DNA of 49,884 nucleotides, the filler included, from Sphacelaria rigidula (taxonomy: Eukaryota): assembly GCA_964200075.2 (NCBI GenBank). It is 3 parts of 3 records of this genome, joined end to end, with 100 filler letters (N's around TTAATTAATTAA, not from the genome) between each part and the next. Parts side by side here need not be neighbours in the genome. Positions count along the whole stretch, not along the records: positions 1 to 16,565 come from CAXNAA020001312.1; 2 more parts are not named here. One strand, 5' to 3'. The notes below the pieces were generated by a model, which was given only the letters and a program-made list of their open reading frames with translations, did not search any database and was not told the DNA's origin. This document shows, in pieces, positions 1-10,300 of this stretch (its first letter is position 1; each line of letters starts with the position of its first letter). The translations under genes were made by a program, and so were the position numbers.

Positions 1-66
1 ATCGAACCCCCCAACTCAATCAACAGAAGGTTACGAGGTTACCAACTGAGCCACCGGGGCGACCGG
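1..66 (-). mobile_element. tRNA-headed SINE-like family 1, 5' head (truncated by window edge)
   Basis: Reverse complement reads CCGGTCGCCCCGGTGGCTCAGTTGGTAACCTCG...GGTTCGAT (Pol III A and B boxes). Same head as 3500-3640 and 23818-23950. Confidence 0.7.
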
Positions 67-290
67 CTTACACATACAAGGGGATTAGGGTTGGTAATAC
101 TGGGGTTGAAATTTGTCAACCATCGATATAATGTAGCCCAGCTCCGGTTAACCCACCTCGGGAGGTACGGGAGAGGCGACCCAGTGACATGAGTGATCGC
201 ATACAGTATGTCCACATACGTTCTATTTCGAAAGTTAGGACTGACTGATCGACTGCTTGTTTGGCGTGTCGCACATCAGGTGATTCTCCA

Positions 291-385
291 TGATTGATTG
301 AATGATTGATTGATTTAATTGATTGTCGCACTTTAACTGACCCCCGAGGGGTCCAGCTGTGGCCGCATGATAGACGTACCCAAGG
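291..385 (-). mobile_element. Retroposon 3' end: stem-loop + AAAGTGCGACA + (AATC)n tail
   Basis: 318-356 is the exact reverse complement of 19861-19899 (39 nt). TGAT repeats at 291-324 form the tail. Confidence 0.65.
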
Positions 386-549
386 AAAGCAAAACTTAAA
401 CACTCGCTGAAAAAAAGAGAAAGGAACAGAAAAAAAAATCGAACAGAACAACATAGTAGACCAAGACGTAAAAAATAATTATTATGTTATAATTATAATT
501 ATAATGATAAACAGTCAACACATGAATCCAGCCGTAGTCACAAGATGGC

Positions 550-630
550 CTGAAAAGAATCCGACGCTATATTTTCGGAGTAATCTGTGGTCAGTCTTTA
601 AGTCATTTATTGCCTGACCTGGTTAACCCT
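550..630 (+). repeat. Dispersed repeat fragment, similar to 3130-3210
   Basis: AATCCGAC.CTA.ATTTTC...TAATCTG...TCAGTCTTT...TGCCTGA.CTGGT is seen at both loci. Confidence 0.45.
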
Positions 631-2711
631 TAGACGGCGAGCGTCGCCTCGGAACAATTTGGCAGGTTGACAATCCAGGGACATCGGGGGGTTGTTTTTC
701 AACAGGAGGTTGGGGGCCTGTTGGCAGAACAGCCGGAAAACTCACCAAGTCAACCATGTATGTTAGAAAGCTTCACACGGAAAATTATCGGCCAGGGACG
801 GGGCCGGAGAGGAGCGGAGCGGAGTGACCATCTTGACCAATCACGGCTAAAAATGGTCGCTTTTCTCCCCGACCGGTGGACTACAGGCGCACTACTTCGC
901 TGCCTAGCCGTATTTCTTATTTCGGTTATTAACAAACTAAGCCATAGATAACAAGACCACAAAAAACGTGTTTTTTACTCTGCCCATGGTCTGTTCCACC
1001 TACCTGACCCGTCAGGTGTTGCCATCTTAGCTTCACACTGTAGTGTTGTTGTGAAACACTACGCAGAGATATCGGCGGCATGCAGTAAACTGTTCAGTGG
1101 AGAGCGATGGCACGCTTACTGCTTCTTGTCCAATTATTCAGCAAATACATACAACATACTGACACTGCACGGAATTTGAATGTTGTGTCAAAACCGGTCA
1201 GGGTCTCTCCTAGACTACATCTGTATAGATGCCCCAACACCCACATGATCATGGAAAAAGGCGTTTCGTGTCGCGAGAAAAAAACTGGTATAAACTACAC
1301 ACGTGGCCTAATCTATCTAGGTTCATCTGAGGAGGGTTGAGCGTTAGACCGCGAGGGTAGTCCATCCGATTACAACAGTCTGTAGAAGAGTCATTCCGGT
1401 ATCGCCTGCAAAGATGCTCAGCACGGGAGTCGTGGTCGTTCGCGCGCTGTCATCGCTGTAAGGCGCTGAAAGTTCGGTCACATGTCATGTAAGCCACAAT
1501 CAACAAGCCCATGTGTCTGGATCTGAGTTTGAGCATAGCAACAGTGCACACGGGGATGAAAAGAGCTCAGATTTTGTTCCACACGTTTTTTAACTCTGGC
1601 GCAGGACTGTCAAGAAATGTACCTTCATTAATCTGCAAAGGAATATTTTTTCTCGAGAAAGTCGGAGAGTTCGTCCGGAAAAAAAAACGCTGATAAACCT
1701 CTTATTCGAGGGCCTGACGGGACCTGCAGAGAATCATTTGAGACTATCATAAAACATGAATGCACACGTCCAACGACCCCTTAGAGCTTGTCTTCTCCAA
1801 AAAAAAGGGCCACCAAACCAAAAGGTGCGGCGGAGTTGATCGAATCGGATTATTTCGTTTTGTGCGGTTTGGGTCAGAGCGAATTTTCTAGCCATCGATC
1901 GAAAAAAGGCATTGGAAGTCGTGAAGCGGTACTTGTTCACATGCAATCAGTACAGGCCGTACTTTATACTGTCTGTATTGTCTGGATACAATGTGTCTGA
2001 GCGTGATTCGTGTATGTTTCTTACAGTAGACTGTGAAAAAGAAGGGGGGTAACGCGCAGCACAGACAGCACAGGACTGTCTGCACTCTCTGGCATACAGG
2101 GTGATATGAAGAGGACCAGAGCAACGTGCTGCTTTGTGTTGCCTGCACTGTCCATGGGCGTGTACAGACGTCGGTGGCCCACCCTACCATGAGATTCCGT
2201 CGCCGACCCCCACCATAAAAGAACATGCTCAAGTTCTCGCTGACGAAAATAAGCACATTATACCCATAGGGTGATAGTGCCAGCTCCCAATTTATTGCAG
2301 CGTGTGTATTATTTTGCTCAACTCGTGCTGTACAGTACGCTGCAGGGTTGCAGCGATAGCTAAGAGTCCCTTGTGCAGGGTTTTGCATGGTTCTGTGAAT
2401 GGGTGGTATCTGGCGTGGTGGCCTGCAAGATAGGAGTCAAGCGCCCCTTTATGCCTTTTCTGCGTTATGTTTTCGATCGAAAAAGCCAGGCTGTTCTGTT
2501 CCTTCACCCCACGGTGGTGCATGACCAATATAAACAGGACTTGAAACGATCTGAAAACACACGTGACGTGGACGTATCAGATACAAAAACTGTTTTTCCG
2601 CCGCCCTTTTTCTAACGAAGAAGAAAAATATGAGACTCGCCCTTAGTCGTGATTCACGACGAGGGGATATGAGGATTTGTACGTAAACAATGGTTGGTAC
2701 TATGGAGATGC

Positions 2712-2960
2712 CGCCAACCCAAACGCTAACGCCAGCCCGAACCCCGACCAAGGCATACCGAGAAGCCTCGGGCAAGGGGGTGCAGAGTGTTCCCTAGGCA
2801 AAGTGTGCGTTGCCAGAGCTCAAATCGACGCCTTTCAGCCGATTTTGGACCAAAACACGTTCTGGACGAGCCGGGTCTACTGCTGACCACTGCTTACCTG
2901 CCCCAGACCATGAATTTTCTCAGATTTTTTTTCAGTCTGAAATCAAGTAAAATCGAATAC
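2712..2960 (+). repeat. Dispersed repeat with degenerate (CCCTAA)-like hexamers followed by a CCGAG..CTCGG hairpin; copies at 16780-17010 (+) and 7490-7675 (-)
   Basis: CCAAGGCATACCGAGAA.CCTCGGGC, CAAAGTG.G.GTTG, CAAATCG.CGCCT and AATCAAGTAA are shared with 16780-17010. Confidence 0.55.
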
Positions 2961-3499
2961 CAACCAATGTTTACGTACAAATCCTCAGATCTACCGTTCA
3001 CGACACCTACGTCAACATTTTAACAATGACGACGACTAAGATCTGTTGTTAAGGGGACTTTCTTCTAGACTCTCCCGATTTTTTTTGGGGGGGGTCTTCC
3101 TTCCGACCTTTCCATATAAATAATTGCCGAAGAAAAAAATCCGACTCTAGATTTTCACAATAATCTGGAAATCAGTCTTTTATCGATCTAATGCCTGATC
3201 TGGTCAAGAAATCTGCTCTCAAATTTTTCGGAGAGGGAGTTTCGAGGTGTTTTTCTCCACACGTGTCTGTTTTTGTAAGAGCGGTGTTCATTGTTGGTAG
3301 TGGACGTCGCCTTGATCAGGTCTGGAAAAATCAGCTGGCATCAAGAATGGAGGTTACCGGAAGATTCACTTTTAGCCGACCGGTGATGTACCGACTTTGG
3401 CCAAAATGTGACCGACCAGCAGCCTTCCGCAGCGATGAGATCACCTTACGTATCACCCCCTCGAAATATAGGACTCGGCGGAGTCAGCGATCAACCAGT

Positions 3500-3640
3500 C
3501 TACCCACGGCGTGGTCGCTCTCCACTGTTGGGCATGGTGTGAGAAAAAATCCCAGATCGTGTGACTTCACCGAGATTCGAACCCGACCCAGCTGTTAGAA
3601 GGTTTCGAGGTTAACAACGGAGCCACTGGGGCGACCGGTA
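3500..3640 (-). mobile_element. tRNA-headed SINE-like family 1 copy
   Basis: Reverse complement ACCGGTCGCCCCAGTGGCTCCGTTG...CTTCTAA...GGGTTCGAATCTCGG...CCCAACAGTGGAGAGCGAC..GTGGGT aligns to 23818-23950. Confidence 0.7.
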
Positions 3641-5422
3641 CTGGTGGACAAATCTCCGAAGCCATGTCCACAACGTACTCGGACTCATTTTCACCTACTG
3701 CAGCGAACACGTTGGCGATGAATTTCTCTCCGAAATCACGATCGTCAGATACTATTTTTTGTGCTAGCCCTCGAGTTATTGTCCATTCTGCCGTTCCGAG
3801 ACACGATCACGGATAACCCACACCGTCAGAAAGCCGGCGCGACGCTGCAAGCAGCACTTGCTAGAAGCGGTCGTTTGAGGCCAAAATTGTGCTCATAAGT
3901 CGAGTAAGTTATGCCATATTTGCTGGTCGTGCTTTCGACATCACCTCGGACTATTGAATAATTCGCGGCAAGGGTACATACACCACTGACAGTCACACTG
4001 AAAGGGATGCGTATTACAAAAGCTGCGTAGCATAGGCTTAGCTACCCCAGTTGGCTTCGTGTCGATGGAGATGTGGTCAACTCTCACGCTGTGTCGAAGA
4101 GCCAACATATGCAGCATGATAGATATTCGGAACACGATTCTCGTTCTGGTCAGCATGACTTTCCGTCAGCGTAAGGCCGGCAAAAAAGGGAGGGGGGGGA
4201 TGGGGGAGGGGTGTTATCCTCACAAAAAAGATGACATTTTTTTTCGAACGTCACAGTTTTTTCTGCTTGTGCGCTAACAAACAAAAATCAGAGCCTCATC
4301 TTATTTCAGCGCGAGGGGTTCCAGGGGACTACTTGGCAGTTTGCGGAGCTTGCTGCAACGCGATATCATGCAGCGTATTGTAACTTGGGCAGTATAAAAC
4401 CCACGACCATAGAAACCGTAGTCACCCCCCCCCCCCGAAATCCGCTGTTTCTTATGATGTCTAAGAAATACGGAGGCGTTTGGAAGTCTTGTCTGAAGAG
4501 AATGACGAAGCAATATACATGGCATTCCTACTGGTACAAGATACGTGGGGCGTTAACTCGACTGCAGCTGGCGTGGCCGACACGTTGGGAGGGTGGTGTG
4601 CTGTATACTATGAGCGGGGGACGCTTTTGATGTACGTTCATTTACACAGTGAGGAGCAAGAGTGGTGTAATGAAATCCCCGAGTACCCTTACTCGCTCCA
4701 GGCTACCACGACTTTGCGCACAAGCGAGGTATGATCCCGCCATTATCAAGGGCGTTTTTCGGACACGTGAGGTGCTTACAACTGTTCAGTTTGGACATCT
4801 CACAACGCACAGCGCATGATCACTAACAGTACCGCGTACCGTGTACAGACCTGCTCAGGCGGCGTAGACACGGCCTGGCAAATTGGTTTGATTGTCGTGC
4901 TTGAACTCATGCCTCATGAGTCATGATCCAGCCGCGGTCATGATCCACGTGGTAGAGGCACCCCGTACAAAAACAAAGCTGAAGCGCTCGCTTGAAAAAA
5001 GGGGCAAACAAAATAAAAAAATGCGGTTGATTCAAGCAAATCAGCACATGAAAAAAAATAATGATAACTTCATGCCAAGTTTTGCTGACCATTTGTTCGC
5101 GGGGGTTGATCCTCTACGAGTAAGGTTCCGTTTTGTTGTTAGACTGGCAAATATCTTACGCTAACACTGACAACATTTCATTAGTTTTCCTTCTCCCGAA
5201 CTCCTCGTTGATTGGCTCGTGTTGTTGGTCGTATAAAAATGGTCCTTTACTACCCTTGAAATTGCACGAAGTGTTTTGGTCTTTGCCCAAGTGATACGTC
5301 GGACCGTTATAGCTCGATAGCACTACACTCTGACAGTACTGTTGTTGGCTGGAATAAGGGCCAGCTGTCCAGCTGTGCGCAGCTGTAGTGTGGCTATAGT
5401 GGTCGTTGACACGCTGCAGTGA

Positions 5423-5738
5423 GTCGCCAGCCCCGTATGGTTCGGATTGTCACCACTAGAGTGGAGAGAAAGTGGGTTCGATCCCCGAGGCGTTGGATAA
5501 TAATGTATTCCGAGTATCTGAATTCCACCGTCGAAAGTGTGGGGACGTGAGTTGACAAAAAAAACTGTTGGCTGAGCTTGTTAGACAGGAGCTGACGCGG
5601 TGCAGGAGTAGTGCTGACCCAATCCGCGAGACCAAAATGCAAGGCGTGTACTGGGGAGAAATGGGTTGATCCCTATAGACCACGGACTCGTCACGAGGAA
5701 GGGGAGGGGTTGAAAGTGTGACAAAAAAAAGGGAAAAA
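5423..5738 (+). mobile_element. tRNA-headed SINE-like family 2, near full length (~315 bp)
   Basis: B box GGTTCGATCCC. The body (CACCGTCGAAAG, TGACGCGGT, GACCCAATCC, AAGGCGTGTAC, ATGGGTTGATCCC, GGACTCGTC.CGAGGAAGGG, AAAGTG.GACA) is collinear with 47293-47621. A-rich tail. Confidence 0.75.
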
Positions 5739-6305
5739 GTGAGTGTACGCATAGCTCTCGCCGCTTGAAGCGTGGTTGATTCGGTGTTATGGGCTTGGCC
5801 CGGTGACTGGTTGCTATTCACACGCGTGTGTGCGTATTTGTCTGTGGTTCTGGTAAGATTGATGAGGTGCGGGATCATATCTGATGAAAAGACCGGCAAT
5901 TTCGGGACTGCCATAGCTATTTCGTGGGATTTTCAGTGATTCGCTGCAGTTAAGGTCTCTCCCTATTTTAGCGGCGAGAGAGGCCCTGCTTACCCCACAT
6001 CTCTCCTGAATGCACTATGGGCATATCATGCATAAAACGCGCACCTGGAGAAAAGTCTCGGTATCATCAGTAGACGTTTGGCGTTTTTACCAGGAAATCT
6101 CAAATCCCGGATTCCATTCCCATACTCAGCCAAACCTCCAACTGTTGTAATCTCTATTTATTTATTTATTTATTTTATTTTGTACATGCGGTGCAGCACA
6201 GATGCACAATATTCAACATTTTCCCGTTCTTCTGTGCCCCGTGCGCCTCTCCTCGTGCCAACAAAAAAGCAGGTGGTCGTTCGCCCGTTTGAGGCGGTTG
6301 CCCGC

Positions 6306-7390
6306 ATGGCAGCGCCGTTTCTACCCATCACCCCGAGAGGAGACGTCCACCGCAGACAGGTCCAACTGGACGAGGCCCTATCTTTCCGCGCGGTCAGGGG
6401 CATCCCCAGTTCTCCAGCCCGAGCATCCATCTCCACTGTCGTGGGCGGCGCTCCCCATGGCGGTGACGTCGGTGATCTTGATTCCCTCCGCTCCATCAAT
6501 GGAAAGTCCCCCTCTCGGAAGAGCTCCGCTATATCGAGCACGGGGCGTTCGTGCGGCGGCGCTGTCATGAACAAGAGCGGCAACGGCTACCAGAGGCTGG
6601 GCGCGGTTAAACTGGAAATGACCCCGCCGGGTGGCGATCAGGTGCACAACCGGCGTCAGCTGTCGTGCTCGCCCCAGCGTACCCGCGGTGGAGACACGTC
6701 CGATAAGGATTGTTCTCCGTCGTCTCCCGTCGGCGGCGGCCGCCGTGGTCGCTCTGGGAGTCACGGTGGGCGCGATCGGCGGATATCCCTGAGCAGGTCG
6801 CCTTGCCGTAACAGCAAAAATTATAGGGGCGCTGTCAATTCCCGCGGCGATTCCCCGTGCCGCCCCCAGCGACCAAGCTTATCGCCCCTCAAGATAGCGG
6901 ACGTAGCCGCCGCTTCGACTGACGCAGCACTTGCGACCGCAATGACCGACATAGGAAGTGTCCAGGTCGACGGCGGCGGCGGCCGAAGTCGGAAGGAGTC
7001 GAGCTCGGCGCGGCAGGCGGTCGTGAAGGGTTCTCGAATCGATTTGCGGGCGCTAGATCGCAGTAAGGGTAAGCCTGGCGACAAACCGCGGGGATATCAC
7101 TGCGCCGACGGCTCTATTGTCGTGTTGGGCCGTGAGAGGATGCTCCGGGTACAACCCGAGGCGGTATTTTCCTCTGAAGATCATGTCAGCGGAGGTAGTG
7201 GTGACGGCGGCAAAGATAGTGAAAGTGGAGAAAGAAGGGAACGAGCGGCGCAACAGATATTTTCTCCTGGTCGGTGGGGTATCGTGACTTGGGTTTTGAG
7301 GTTCGAACAGGTGGAGAGCTGCTGCGTTAACGTGTCCGCCGCCAATGGGGAGCGGGCTGTCGGGGCCGTTGTTGTAGAAGTTACTGCCAG
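6306..7390 (+). CDS. Formin exon 1 (Ser/Gly/Arg-rich N-terminus and first half of a candidate PH-like domain)
   Basis: Within ORF 6078..7400. ATG at 6306; donor AG|GTACGT at 7391, phase 2. A possible acceptor AAAAAGCAG ending at 6272 means an upstream exon may exist. Confidence 0.65.
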
Positions 7391-10300
7391 GTACGTTTAG
7401 TATAATTCGCCGTATAGTCGTCCCTTAGGGTCTAATCATCGTGAAGAATTTTTTTATAGTGTAGGCATTGACCTGCGAGCGCCTAGGAGGCCAGTGATCC
7501 CGAGTATTCGCCAGCGTGCACAGCAAGCGTATATGCCCGAAGCGACACCTTGTGACGCGGATTTAAACTCTGTAAACGCACATCCCCTTGCCTTGAGCAC
7601 TCTCTGAAGCCCCTCTTGCCCCGTGGGCTCTCTGTTCGTGTTGGATTAGGGCTGACGGTAACGGGCACGGGTAACAACAACGAAAAAATAATTATCGAAG
7701 TATGTGTCTATCATTGTGTATGAGAGGACGAAGCGGAGAAAACAAGATCGTCTCAGCGTCGTACTCTTTTCGTTTTTTACGTCGTTGGGGATTCTTGCCG
7801 TTGGTCGCTTGCTTCCACCACCCGACGCGCCGGCTTCGACACTGCCTTCAGCTTTTTGATCGACGGGTGGTGCTCGGGTGGAGGAGCGCGGGCGGGAAGT
7901 AGTTGATGCGCTCACGCGAAGAATAGCCTCATTCATAATCGCAGCAGCAACGAGTGCAGTTCCTTTTTTTCGCACCGAGATAGACACGCGCACACACACC
8001 ACACCAATGCTTTTGAGAAAGAACGGATTCAAAAATATCTCTGCGAAAAAATCGAAACGCATGGCAGTTCATGATGACTAAATTTTTGGTTCGGTCGGGG
8101 GAAGCGATGAAACTCGTTGATGGTATACTTCGTAATCTATTGTATCAATTGTAGTACTTGTTGGCGTACGATTGGTGGATTTTTGTGGTTCACTTGTCTC
8201 GAGGTCGTGTTGGAATTTTTTGTTTCGGAAAGTGGTGAGTAATGTGAATATTGCAACAGCAGGTCAGGTAGGTTATGTACTTTTGAATACTCGGGTAAAA
8301 TACCCAGGTAGTCATTCTACTCAACGTTTGGGTAGATTAAGTATGACCTCAAATACTCTACCCAATGTTGAGTAAACACTCTTAGCAATACCTGGGTATA
8401 GAGTATTACTTGGGTATGTCCTCAATACTCTATCCAAATTCTGGGTAAATTGAGTATGACCTCGTATACTCTTCTCAATATTGGGTAAGTCATCTCAGCA
8501 ATACTCAAGTATAGAGTATCAATTGGGTATGATGAGTGACTGGGACCGTTGGCGACTTCGTGACGCCACTTCACAGACGATGTCGAATATATAGTCGAAC
8601 GGTGGCCATCAATGAGATGAGTGACGTCACGTCAGAGGCTACAATTAGTATGAGCGAACGGTGGCCATAAAAAAACAAGAAAGGCGTGCAGGTGCATGAA
8701 CCTCCCTGCCCCACCCCCGGCAGTACATACCCATACCCATACTTCATACTTCGCACTCTATTCGTTATCAGTTTCAGTGCAAAGCGCTACCCGTCATCAT
8801 TTGGTCATCGAGTAGGCGGGTAGTCCGGTAGGTATTGTCAAAATGAGCGACTCTACGGGCCGCACATCTGATTCCTCCATTGGAGAGTCAAGGGTGGAAA
8901 CGGTGGAAGATGTGGGAACACCGCAACAGTCGCAAGGGGAAACAGCAGAAAAAGGCGCAACGGGGTCAGGAGTGATGGACCTGATGCCAAAACAGGCCCC
9001 GGTGGTCCGTTTTGTACAGGCGGTTTGGGTATCTTGAATACGAACTTGAATACTAAAGTTATACTCAAGGTTTTGGTATATTGGTTCCGGCCTCCGGTAC
9101 TCTATCGGAATTTCGGGTGGGTTGGGTATGACCTCAAATACTCTACTCATATCTCGGGTGGACTGGGTACGACATCAGATACTCGAGTATAGTACCCAAA
9201 TTTTGGGTGGATTGAGTACGACGGCAAATACTCCACTCAATATTGGGTAAGCACCCTTAGCAATACCTGGGTATAGAGTATAACTGGTGTATGACTCTAC
9301 CCAATTTTTGGGTATGGTAAGTACGACGTCAATTACTCTACCCAGTATTCGGTAAGTACTCTCAGTAATACTTGAGTATAGAGTATCACTTGGGTATGAC
9401 TTCAATACTCTACCCAAATTTGGGTAGAGTGAGTATGACCTCAAATACTCTGCCCAAAATTTTGGGTAGATTAGGTACAATCTCAAATATTCTACCCAAA
9501 GTTTGGGTACTAAGAGCATGACTTTTGAAAAATACCGAGTATTGGGTATACCCTACCCGACCTGCCCTTGCAATATTGCTCATGCTCGTACTTGCCCGCC
9601 CCCCCCACATGCTAATGAGTCACAGGTCCCACGTCACGGGGGGTGGACGGCCGGACAAGCCTTCGAAACTCAGTTTCTGTCTGTCCAACCCGTCGGATTG
9701 TCTCGAGCTCCTCCGCGCGATCCAAGCTCGCTGGCAGCCGCCGGCCCCACCACCCAGTTCCAGTAGCTACAGAAACGGCACCGATTCCACAACCGTACCG
9801 TCTCCAGGGTCGAATGGCAACGACGAGTCCCGTCGGCCAAGTAGCCACGCGAACCACGAGTCGGCAACCGGGGTTGATGGGACCTTCACCCCTGGCGGCA
9901 ACCATGGCTCTTTGGGGAGCGGCGCATGCAGCACCCCAAGGAGTGGGACTAAGCGGTTGCAGTTATCGCCGGACAGCGGGAACTACTCTCCGGTTCTCTC
10001 GGCGCCCATACCGCAGGCAACGCTGCAGGCGGGAGACGTGGGTCAGGGCCACGTCAATGGTGTCGCTGATGCTGGTTTTGGTGGGCATAATGATGGTGCT
10101 TCACTCAAAGCGTCATTCTTGACGGGCTTGAGGAACGGAGTTGTCGTGTTAGAATCTCCTGCTAAGGTAAGGAGGGTGGCTGACGACTGTGGTGCGTGAG
10201 ACCTTTCGGGTTGTGCCGACCCGTTTTTTGTAGTTCGACTGCCGGCGTAAGTGTACATCTGTGCGCGTTCTTGTTGGTTATGGAAAGTGTATTTACTGCT

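Noticed and set aside
8270..9550. CRISPR-like repeat-spacer array
   Set aside because: Repeats are degenerate and irregular, have no unique spacers, and sit inside TIRs. They are transposon subterminal repeats, and no cas genes are present.
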